This document shows, piece by piece, positions 56,279 to 64,000 of a stretch of DNA of 64,000 nucleotides. The position numbers and the translations under genes were made by a program. The notes below the pieces were generated by a model that worked only from the letters and a program-made list of their open reading frames with translations, did no database searches and was not told the origin of the DNA. This DNA comes from Terriglobia bacterium (lineage in GTDB: Bacteria; Acidobacteriota; Polarisedimenticolia; Polarisedimenticolales; JAIQFR01): the NCBI GenBank assembly GCA_963748015.1, contig CAVVHE010000004.1, positions 1,312,001-1,376,000 of the forward strand. The letters are read 5' to 3'. Numbering within the stretch: position 1 is the first letter of the stretch; each line of letters starts with the position of its first letter.

Positions 56279-56883
56279 GCGCTCCAGCCCGCCGGCCCCG
56301 AGTTACGCCCCCCACCGTAGGGCCCGCCGCCCACGCCGCCGTGCCGGTAGGCCTCGGCGCAGGCCCGGTACTCGTCCACGCCCTTCCGCATCCGCTCCAT
56401 CAAGACGGCGTCCACCTCACCCCGGATCTTGCCCGGCACGCCCGCGACGATCGCGCCGTCGGGCACCTCGAACCCCTCCCGCACCACCGTCCCCGCCGCC
56501 ACCAGCGCGCCGCGGCCGACGCGGCAGCCCGAGAGGAGCACGGCCCCCATTCCGATCAGCGCGTCGTCGCCCACGGTGCAACCGTGGACGACGCATCGGT
56601 GGGCGATGGTGACCCGGCTCCCGATCCGCACGGGAAGGTCGAAGTCCACGTGGAGCACGGAGAGATCCTGGATGTTCGTCGCCTCGCCGACCACGATCGG
56701 CTCGAGATCCGCCCGAAGCACGCACCCGTACCAGACCGAAGCGAAGGCGCCGAGGGTCACGTCTCCCACGACCACGGCTCCGGGTGCGACCCAGACGCTC
56801 GGGTGGATGTCGAGGCGGTTGGCGTGGAATCGCGGCGCAACGTCCGGACCGGAACCCACCGGCCCATCGCTCGTCGGCGGCAT
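56272..56883 (-). CDS. gamma carbonic anhydrase family protein
   Basis: Hexapeptide repeats; LRAD, NIQD..VLH and H..VVHGC motifs. Confidence 0.9.
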   Translation of the reverse strand: MPPTSDGPVGSGPDVAPRFHANRLDIHPSVWVAPGAVVVGDVTLGAFASVWYGCVLRADLEPIVVGEATNIQDLSVLHVDFDLPVRIGSRVTIAHRCVVHGCTVGDDALIGMGAVLLSGCRVGRGALVAAGTVVREGFEVPDGAIVAGVPGKIRGEVDAVLMERMRKGVDEYRACAEAYRHGGVGGGPYGGGRNSGPAGWSAC

Positions 56884-56920
56884 GTGGCGGTCTCCTCGGG
56901 CGGCCTCGGAAAAGCCGGGA

Positions 56921-56949
56921 AGCGTAGCGCCGTGGCGCGCGGGTGTCAA
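56921..56949 (-). promoter_or_regulatory. sigma70-like promoter (TTGACA-17-TACGCT)
   Basis: Perfect -35 with a 17-nt spacer, about 40 nt before the gamma-CA start. Confidence 0.55.
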
Positions 56950-57545
56950 GCCGTTTTCGCGCCCGGGGAGCGCCCCCCGGGAGAAGCGGGAGAGCGATCG
57001 AGGAGGGCCTTCAGGATGAGAGCCTGGTAATGCGCGTCGTAGTCCGCCCGGTGGGTGAGCGCGGGATCCTGCGGCGGGAGGGCGAGCAGCCGCTCGAGCC
57101 GCTCCTTCGAGGTCTCGTTCCACGAAATCCCGAGCCGCCCCATCGCGAGGCTCTTGCTGTCGATTCCCTTGTAGCCGAACGGGTTCTCGACCCCGAAGTG
57201 GACGAAGTAGTACGCGAGGTACGACCAGTCGAACACGGCATTGTGGCCGACGAAGACCGGGCGGTCCGCGGACGGCCGGTTGCGCTCGAGCACCCAGTCG
57301 CGGAGGCGCGCCAGAGCCTCCCGCGGCTCGAGCCCCTCGCTGCGCAACCGCTCCACGTCGAGGCCGCACACCGCCAGCGCCTCCGGGTCGAATCCGGGGA
57401 AGACCGGCTTCAGCTCGAGGTAGAGCGACTCGCCGAGCTCGTGGTGGCCCCCCGCGGGGCGCACCACGGTGACGCCGACCGACAGGAGGTTGAACAGCGG
57501 GGGAACCGGCCCCGACGCCTCGCAGTCCAGGCAGAAGTAGATCAT
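56946..57545 (-). CDS. DEDDh 3'-5' exonuclease
   Basis: DCEASG, GHNAVFDW and THRADYDA motifs. Confidence 0.85.
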   Translation of the reverse strand: MIYFCLDCEASGPVPPLFNLLSVGVTVVRPAGGHHELGESLYLELKPVFPGFDPEALAVCGLDVERLRSEGLEPREALARLRDWVLERNRPSADRPVFVGHNAVFDWSYLAYYFVHFGVENPFGYKGIDSKSLAMGRLGISWNETSKERLERLLALPPQDPALTHRADYDAHYQALILKALLDRSPASPGGRSPGAKTA

Positions 57546-57555
57546 CGCTGGCTCC

Positions 57556-59220
57556 TCAGAACGTCTCGCGCGCGGAGACGTAGAGCTGGAACTTCTTGAT
57601 CGTCGGATCGCCGTCGAGCGCGTAGGCGAGATCGATGTGGGCCATCGTCGCGCCCGACGAGCGGCTCGACGCCAGTCTCAGCCCCAAGCCGACGTCCTTC
57701 AGGACGCCGAGGTCGTCGTGGCCCGGCTCCCCGGCGAACCAGGCCCTCCCCGCGTCGGCGAAGACCGCGGCCCCGACGCGCATCAGCTTGAGGACCTCCC
57801 AGTCGGTGTAGAAACGCTGCTCGACCGTCAGGAGGACGCGGCGGTTCCCGTCCTGGTAGCGGAGGGGATAGCCCCGGAGCCCGGTGTCGCCGCCAAGGAG
57901 CAGCTGGCTCTCGCGGTCGAGGTTGTAGGCCATGTCGCCCCGGAGCGAGGCGTAGAAGTTGTGGCGCCCGAGGTCTCGCAGGTACAAACGCGCTCCCAAC
58001 CCCGCCCACACGTTCTCGAACCCGTCGCTCGCGCGACGGCCGGACATCTCCGCCGACGCGAGAACCATGCCGCCGGGGGCCAGGCCGAGCCCCACGCGGT
58101 ACGAGCCCTCGAAGATCGCGCGGCCCCGATCCGATCCGAACGCGGGGGCGGCCCATCCGATTCTCGCGTGCCCCTCTCGCGCCAGGTTGAGATCCTCGGT
58201 CCGCTTGATCTTGTCGAGGTCCTGGAGCGTGATGAACCCGTCCTGGACGGAATCGAACGCGATCCAAGGGTAGGCGAGAGTCCGGTCGCTCGGGAACGGG
58301 TCCGGCGGCCGCTCGCCGGGGACGGGGCTGAACGTCTCCCGGTCGAACGAGAAACCCGCGCTGTAGCGCGCCGCCCTCCCCCCCACGAGCCCGCGCGAGA
58401 ACCCGGCATGCACGGTCGCCGTGTCGCTCGACCGGTAAAAGCGGGCGACCGCGTAACCGAGCTCGTACAGTGGCTCCACGCTGTCGTTGCGGTCGTACGT
58501 GCCGCCCACGGCCCACCGCGTATCGAGCGAGTAAAACGGCCGCTCTACGTAGACGTACTGCTCGTAGCCGTCGCTGTTGTCCGCGTAGGCCAGCGCCGCC
58601 TGGACCCGGCTCCCGAGGACCGAGGGGTCTCTGTACGCGTAGGTTCGCGAAACGCGGTCGACGTCCCGCGTGTGGTGAATGGCGACGCTCTTGCCGTACC
58701 CGAGGAAGTTCATCTCCTCGAGTCCGATCGAGGTTCGGTTGGCCCCGCCCTTCCGTGAGAAATTGAACCCGAACCTGAGCGTCCAGACGTCGCGAACGGC
58801 GACCTCGACGTCCACGACGCCATCCCGGTACCCCACCGGACGGATCTTCGCGTCGTAGAGGAATCCGAGGCCCCGCAGGAGGCGCGCGGACTCCTCGCAA
58901 AGGCGGCGCGAGTACGCGTCTCCCTCCTTGAAGAGGAGCTGGCGGCGGATCACCGAGTCCTTGGTCTTGACGTGGACGAAATTCGCGGCGCGAAAGACGG
59001 CGTTGTCCTCGCCGGGCTTGGTGGGATCGAAGATGTCGGCGACGATCACGCGGATCTCGCCGACCACCGCGCGTTCCGCCTCCAGGGTGGCGTCGTCGGG
59101 GAGCGACGCGACAGGCTCAACCGCGGCGTGCCCAGGCGGCCCCCCCTCCTCGGCCCGCGCGAAGGACACGGCGAGCGTCAGGAGCGCCGCCGCGGCCGCC
59201 GCGCGCGCCATCGTGCCCAT
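57556..59220 (-). CDS. BamA/TamA (Omp85) family outer membrane protein
   Basis: Signal peptide; POTRA-like T..SVIRRQLLF..G; LRGYP; EQRFY; C-terminal Phe. Confidence 0.8.
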   Translation of the reverse strand: MGTMARAAAAAALLTLAVSFARAEEGGPPGHAAVEPVASLPDDATLEAERAVVGEIRVIVADIFDPTKPGEDNAVFRAANFVHVKTKDSVIRRQLLFKEGDAYSRRLCEESARLLRGLGFLYDAKIRPVGYRDGVVDVEVAVRDVWTLRFGFNFSRKGGANRTSIGLEEMNFLGYGKSVAIHHTRDVDRVSRTYAYRDPSVLGSRVQAALAYADNSDGYEQYVYVERPFYSLDTRWAVGGTYDRNDSVEPLYELGYAVARFYRSSDTATVHAGFSRGLVGGRAARYSAGFSFDRETFSPVPGERPPDPFPSDRTLAYPWIAFDSVQDGFITLQDLDKIKRTEDLNLAREGHARIGWAAPAFGSDRGRAIFEGSYRVGLGLAPGGMVLASAEMSGRRASDGFENVWAGLGARLYLRDLGRHNFYASLRGDMAYNLDRESQLLLGGDTGLRGYPLRYQDGNRRVLLTVEQRFYTDWEVLKLMRVGAAVFADAGRAWFAGEPGHDDLGVLKDVGLGLRLASSRSSGATMAHIDLAYALDGDPTIKKFQLYVSARETF

Positions 59221-59462
59221 GCGGGGCCCGCCCCACGGGGGACGCGATCGGCGCGGCGTCGGCTCCAGCATCGATCCGAATGATATGTGATGTGCCCTCC
59301 CCTCGCGCGCCGCCGGCCGTCCCCCGCCCCGAAATCGCCCGAAACGGTCCCCAGACTCCCGGTGGTCGACACCCCATTGATTCTCCGGGTAGCCGGTGCG
59401 AGAATGTCCCACCATCGAGATCCATCCTGCCTTGCACTCCAGAGTTTCGAAGGAGGTTCGGC

Positions 59463-61178
59463 ATGTCGGAGCGCTTGTCCCACGACGTCCTCATCCTGGG
59501 GGCGGGCCTGGCCGGGCTTCGCGCGGCCGTCGAGATCTCCCGCCGCCTCGACGGGAAGGTGAACATCGGCATCGTCTCCAAGGTCCAGCTGATGCGCGCC
59601 CACTCGGTGTGCGCGGAGGGCGGGACCGCGGCGGTGCTGCGGACCGAGGAGGGGGACTCGCTCGACCTCCACGCCTGGGACACGGTCAAGGGGTCGGACT
59701 TCCTGGCCGACCAGGACGTCGTCCGGAGGTTCGTCGAGGCGATACCCGGGGAGATCCACCAGCTCGACCACTGGGGCATCCCGTGGACGCGCGATGCCAA
59801 CGGACGGATCGAGCAGCGCCCGTTCGGCGGCCACTCCTTCCCGCGGGCGACCCTCGCCGCGGACAAGACCGGCTTCTTCGAGATGCAGACCCTCTACGAC
59901 ACCCTCCTCCGGTACAAGTGCTTCACGCGCTACGACGAGCTGTTCGTCACGGACATCCTGGTGGAGAACGGGCGGTTCTCGGCGATCCTCGGCATCCACG
60001 CGCCGAGCGGGGAGCGGGTGATCCTGCAGGCGAAGGCGCTGCTGATCGCGACGGGCGGCGGCGGCACGCTTTACGGGTTCACCACCTACTCGCAGACCGT
60101 CACCGGCGACGGGATGGCGATGGCCTACCGGGCGGGGCTCCCCCTCGAGGACATGGAGTTCCTGCAGTTCCACCCGACGGGACTCGTCCCCTCCGGCATC
60201 CTGATGACCGAGGGGTGCCGGGGGGAGGGCGGTTATCTCAAGAACAACAAGGGCGAGCGTTTCATGGAGCGCTACGCGGCGTCCAAGATGGAGCTCGCCC
60301 CGCGGGACATGGTGTCGCGGGCGGAGACGACCGAGATCCTCGAAGGGCGCGGCTTCGAGGGATCGGACGGCCTGGGCTACCTGCACCTCGACCTGACGCA
60401 TCTCGGCGCCGAGAAGATCAACACGCGCCTGCCCCTCATCCGGGAAGTCTGCATCAAGTTCCTCGACCTCGACCCGATCCTGAAGCCGATCCCGATCCGG
60501 CCCGTAGCGCACTACTCGATGGGGGGGATCGAGACCGACATCAACGGCGCCACGCGCGTCCCCGGAATCTGGGCGGCGGGCGAGGCCGCGGCGGTGTCCC
60601 TCCACGGCGCGAATCGCCTCGGATCCAATTCCACCGGTGAGTGTCTCGTGTGGGGCGGCATCACGGGAAGCGAGATCGCGACCGCGCTCCCCCGCCTCCC
60701 GGCCCCTCCCCCACCCTCGGACGCCAAGGTCAAGGCGGCCGACGGGCACCTCGCCGAGTGGCTGAAGCGGGAGGGGAAGGAGAATCTCTACGAGCTGCGG
60801 CGCGAGCTCCGGGCCGCGATGGATCGCCACGTCGGCGTGTACAGGACGCCCGACGGGCTCGAGAAGGCCCTGGCCACGATCCGCGCGATCCGCGAGAAGT
60901 CGCGGCAGGCACCGGTTCGCGACAAGGGGAAGCTCTACAACTCGAACCTGTTCCACGCCCTCGAGCTCGAGAACCTCGTGGATCTCGCCGAGGTCACGGT
61001 GGCCGGGGCGATCGCGCGGCAGGAGTCGCGCGGCGCCCACGCGCGGCGGGACTTCACGACGCGCGACGACGAGAAGTGGCTGAAGCACACCATGGCGTGG
61101 GCCGCCGAGAAGGGACCTCGCCTCGACTACAAGCCGGTCACGATGAACATGTGGAAGCCCGTGGAGAGGAAGTACTGA
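59463..61178 (+). CDS. sdhA: succinate dehydrogenase/fumarate reductase flavoprotein subunit
   Basis: GAGLAG, HSVCAEGG, QFHPT, EGCRGEGG, HYSMGG, HGANRLGSNS and ESRGAH motifs. Confidence 0.95.
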   Translation: MSERLSHDVLILGAGLAGLRAAVEISRRLDGKVNIGIVSKVQLMRAHSVCAEGGTAAVLRTEEGDSLDLHAWDTVKGSDFLADQDVVRRFVEAIPGEIHQLDHWGIPWTRDANGRIEQRPFGGHSFPRATLAADKTGFFEMQTLYDTLLRYKCFTRYDELFVTDILVENGRFSAILGIHAPSGERVILQAKALLIATGGGGTLYGFTTYSQTVTGDGMAMAYRAGLPLEDMEFLQFHPTGLVPSGILMTEGCRGEGGYLKNNKGERFMERYAASKMELAPRDMVSRAETTEILEGRGFEGSDGLGYLHLDLTHLGAEKINTRLPLIREVCIKFLDLDPILKPIPIRPVAHYSMGGIETDINGATRVPGIWAAGEAAAVSLHGANRLGSNSTGECLVWGGITGSEIATALPRLPAPPPPSDAKVKAADGHLAEWLKREGKENLYELRRELRAAMDRHVGVYRTPDGLEKALATIRAIREKSRQAPVRDKGKLYNSNLFHALELENLVDLAEVTVAGAIARQESRGAHARRDFTTRDDEKWLKHTMAWAAEKGPRLDYKPVTMNMWKPVERKY

Positions 61179-61191
61179 TCCGGAGGACACC

Positions 61192-61626
61192 ATGCCGAGA
61201 GTCCAAGGGTATCCGAACCGCCTGGGAGTCAAGGGCTGGGTGGGGGGCGGCCGCTGGGGACTTGAGCGGTACCTCTACACCGTGCACCGGCTCACCGGGC
61301 TCGGGCTGCTGTTCTACTTCCTGTTGCACATCCTCGTGACCACCTCCCGGGCCTTCGGGCCGGAGTCGTGGGAGAAGGCGATGGGGGCGGTGACCGGGCC
61401 GATGTTCAAGGTCGGCGAGTACCTGGTCTTCGCCGCGTTCGCCTTCCACGCGATGAACGGCATCCGGCTCGTGATCGTGGAGCTGGGCTGGGGGGTGGGC
61501 AAGCCGATCGAGCCGGTCTACCCGTACAAGACGTCGGTCGACGTCCAGCGCGCGCTGGCGATCGTCGCGCTCCTGGTCGCCGCGGTCATCGCGGCCCTGG
61601 GCGCCGCCGATCTGTTGATGGATTAG
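61192..61626 (+). CDS. sdhC: succinate dehydrogenase cytochrome b556 subunit
   Basis: HRLTG, LH and FHAMNGIR motifs; three TM helices. Confidence 0.85.
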   Translation: MPRVQGYPNRLGVKGWVGGGRWGLERYLYTVHRLTGLGLLFYFLLHILVTTSRAFGPESWEKAMGAVTGPMFKVGEYLVFAAFAFHAMNGIRLVIVELGWGVGKPIEPVYPYKTSVDVQRALAIVALLVAAVIAALGAADLLMD

Positions 61627-61636
61627 GAGGCCGGCG

Positions 61637-62020
61637 ATGATGCGAGATCAAAAGCTCTGGACCTGGCACGTGGCGGCCGGCCTCGTGATCCTGGTGCTTC
61701 TCGGCCTGCACATGCTCATCATGCACCTCGACGCGATCGTCAAGATCACGTCCCTGAACCCGGCCGGCGGCGAGCCCATCGAATGGAAGAACGTCGTCGC
61801 CCGCGGCAAGACCGTGTTCTTCGCGGTCACCTACGTGCTCCTGCTCGGCGCGGCGCTCTTCCACGGCCTTTACGGCCTGAGGAACATCCTCTTCGAGATG
61901 AACCCCGGGGCCGGCCTCAAGAAGGCTCTGTCGGCGGCGCTGCTGATCGTGGGACTCGGTCTATTCGTCCTGGGAACCTGGGCGGCGGTGGCCAGCTTCA
62001 ACCTGGCCCGGACGCTGTGA
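61637..62020 (+). CDS. sdhD: succinate dehydrogenase hydrophobic anchor subunit
   Basis: LH..MH and FHGLYGLR motifs; three TM helices; located in the sdh operon. Confidence 0.8.
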   Translation: MMRDQKLWTWHVAAGLVILVLLGLHMLIMHLDAIVKITSLNPAGGEPIEWKNVVARGKTVFFAVTYVLLLGAALFHGLYGLRNILFEMNPGAGLKKALSAALLIVGLGLFVLGTWAAVASFNLARTL

Positions 62021-62031
62021 GGGGAGCGGCG

Positions 62032-62859
62032 ATGAGCGACGCGAACGCGAAGACGATCCTCTACCGGGTCCGGCGGTACGATCCCGCGAGGGAACCCGCC
62101 CCGAGATGGCAGGACTTCACGATCCCCCGCGTGCCGGGGATGACCGTGCTCGACGGGCTGTGGACGATCAAGGAGACCCACGACGCCACCCTCGCCTGGC
62201 GGTCCTCCTGCAGGATGGGCGTCTGCGGCTCCTGCGGGATGATGATCAACGGCAAGCCGCGCCTGGGCTGCAACACGCAGGTCTCGGAGCTGTCTTCGGA
62301 CGTGGTGGCGGTCGCTCCCCTGCCCAACTTCGACATCATCCGCGACCTCGTCCCGGACCTCGCTCCGATGTTCGACGCGCACGCGGCGCTCCAGCCCTAC
62401 GTGATCCGCGGGGACGTGAAGGAGCGGGAGAACCCCTCCGGCGAGTTCGGGCAGTCCATGCACGAGCTGGAGCAGTACCTGCAATTCTCCTATTGCATCA
62501 AGTGCGGCTGCTGCATGGCGGCCTGTCCGACGTACGCGACCGACCCCGTCTACTCGGGGCCGATGCCGCTTGCACAGGCGCACCGCTACAACACCGACAC
62601 GCGCGACGACGGCTTCGCGGCGAGGAAAGAGGTGCTCGGAGGCGAGCGCGGGCCCTGGCGCTGCCACTTCGCCGGCGAGTGCTCGCGAGTCTGCCCGAAG
62701 GGCGTCGACCCCGCGAAGGCGATCCAGCTGATGAAGCGCGAGCTGGTGCTCGACTACATCCGCCTACGGAAAGGTCACGCGCCGGCCCAGGTGACCCCGA
62801 AGCCCAAGGAAGGCAAGCGGCGTCCGGACGTGCCCGAGGCGCCCGCCAAGACGCTTTAG
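62032..62859 (+). CDS. sdhB: succinate dehydrogenase iron-sulfur subunit
   Basis: SCRMGVCGSC, CIKCGCCMAACP and CHFAGECSRVCP motifs. Confidence 0.95.
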   Translation: MSDANAKTILYRVRRYDPAREPAPRWQDFTIPRVPGMTVLDGLWTIKETHDATLAWRSSCRMGVCGSCGMMINGKPRLGCNTQVSELSSDVVAVAPLPNFDIIRDLVPDLAPMFDAHAALQPYVIRGDVKERENPSGEFGQSMHELEQYLQFSYCIKCGCCMAACPTYATDPVYSGPMPLAQAHRYNTDTRDDGFAARKEVLGGERGPWRCHFAGECSRVCPKGVDPAKAIQLMKRELVLDYIRLRKGHAPAQVTPKPKEGKRRPDVPEAPAKTL

Positions 62860-62869
62860 GAGCGCGGCG

Positions 62870-64000
62870 ATCGTCGTCACGGGCCTCGAAGTTCTCCTCG
62901 GGGACGGCCCCGGTGCCGCCGGCCTCGGCTCGGGTGCACGGATCGGCCTGGTCGCCCACCCCGCCTCCGTGGACCGCTCGGTCCGGCACGCGGCGGACCT
63001 GCTTGCCCGGCATCCGGGTTTTCGCCTGATACGCCTCTTCGGACCGGAGCACGGGCTGAGGGGTGAGGCTCAGGACATGGAGCCGGTCTCGGGCGGAGCC
63101 GACCCCGAGACCGGGCTGCCGGTGACGAGCCTGTACGGGTCGGACCCGAGATCGCTCCGGCCGAGGGCCGAGGAGCTCGAGGGGCTCGACGCGATCCTCT
63201 GCGACCTGCAGGACGTCGGGAGCCGCTACTACACGTTCATCTACACGATGGCTCACGTGATGGAGGCGGCGGCCGAGGCCGGCATTCCCGCCGTGGTCCT
63301 CGACCGGCCCAATCCTATCGGCGGGGCGGCGATGGAGGGGCCGGTGCTCGAGCCGGCCCTCGCGTCGTTCGTCGGCCGCTATCCCCTTCCCGTCCGGCAC
63401 GGCATGACCCCGGCGGAACTGGCGCATCTGTTCAACGACGCGTTCGGCATCCGCTGCGACCTCCGTGCCGTCCCGATGCGCGGATGGACCCGCAGGATGC
63501 GCTTCGAGGACACGGGCCTTCCCTGGGTCGCGCCGTCCCCGAACATGCCGTCCCCCGCGACGGCCGAGGTGTATCCCGGCGGCTGCCTCGTCGAGGGAAC
63601 GAACCTCTCCGAAGGGCGCGGCACGACGCGCCCGTTCGAGCTCGTCGGCGCGCCGTGGCTTCCCGCGAGGCCGCTCGCCGAGTCGCTCGCGAAGGAGGCG
63701 CCGGACGGCGCCCTGTTCCGTGCGACGTCCTTCAGGCCGTCGTTCCACAAGCACGCGGGGAAGAGCTGCGGCGGCGTCCAGGTCCACGTCACCGACCGCG
63801 AATCGTTCCGCCCGTTCGCGACCTACCTGGTTCTCCTGAGGGAGGCGCGGCGCTTGGCACCGGACTCGTTCGGCTGGCGCCGCGAGCCGTACGAGTTCGA
63901 GAAGGACCGCCTGGCGATCGATCTCCTGCTCGGGCGCGCGGACCTGCGCGACATGATCGAGGACGGCGCTCCGCTGGCGGAGATGGAAGCCACGTGGGAG
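62870..64000 (+). CDS. namZ: exo-beta-N-acetylmuramidase NamZ (DUF1343) family, 3' partial
   Basis: My own translation, absent from the ORF track: VVTGLEVL, IGLVAHPAS, LFGPEHG, SLYG, DLQDVGSRYYTFI, LDRPNP, RHGMT.AELA, PSPNMP and SEGRGTTRPFE. Confidence 0.9.
   Translation, partial: MVVTGLEVLLGDGPGAAGLGSGARIGLVAHPASVDRSVRHAADLLARHPGFRLIRLFGPEHGLRGEAQDMEPVSGGADPETGLPVTSLYGSDPRSLRPRAEELEGLDAILCDLQDVGSRYYTFIYTMAHVMEAAAEAGIPAVVLDRPNPIGGAAMEGPVLEPALASFVGRYPLPVRHGMTPAELAHLFNDAFGIRCDLRAVPMRGWTRRMRFEDTGLPWVAPSPNMPSPATAEVYPGGCLVEGTNLSEGRGTTRPFELVGAPWLPARPLAESLAKEAPDGALFRATSFRPSFHKHAGKSCGGVQVHVTDRESFRPFATYLVLLREARRLAPDSFGWRREPYEFEKDRLAIDLLLGRADLRDMIEDGAPLAEMEATWE

Overview
High-GC bacterial chromosomal window from a diderm (LpxH-like and BamA/TamA-family genes). 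The mix of RNase Y, hpnCDE, a DUF4388 protein and EF-G II suggests an Acidobacteriota/Myxococcota-like lineage; this is inference only. It holds about 58 genes, mostly housekeeping: acpS, tgt-queA-nfo, fusA2-asnS-rimO-pgpA-ribF-tmk-holB, rlmD, nnr-tsaE, guaB, secA, cysE, hpnCDE-rny, typA, msrB, sdhA-C-D-B and a partial namZ. No rRNA, tRNA, CRISPR array, Cas gene, reverse transcriptase, transposase or integrase was found. The most notable items are: (1) a ~600-nt densely base-paired stretch without a credible ORF between rlmD and nnr, bounded by a sigma70-like promoter and a strong intrinsic terminator, which is a candidate large stand-alone ncRNA; (2) a surface locus of two 12-repeat Kelch paralogs, one ending in a dockerin-like module, flanking two cohesin-domain lipoproteins; (3) a lower-GC array of three small ORFs separated by attC-like sites with no integrase (CALIN-like); (4) a sigma54-promoter-driven ~90-nt two-hairpin sRNA or attenuator exposing an anti-Shine-Dalgarno loop; (5) a switch-like leader and a long downstream hairpin around a NYN ribonuclease gene. 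Two frameshifts (amino acid permease and secA) lie in homopolymer runs and are probably assembly errors. All family assignments come from motif recognition by eye, not from database searches.
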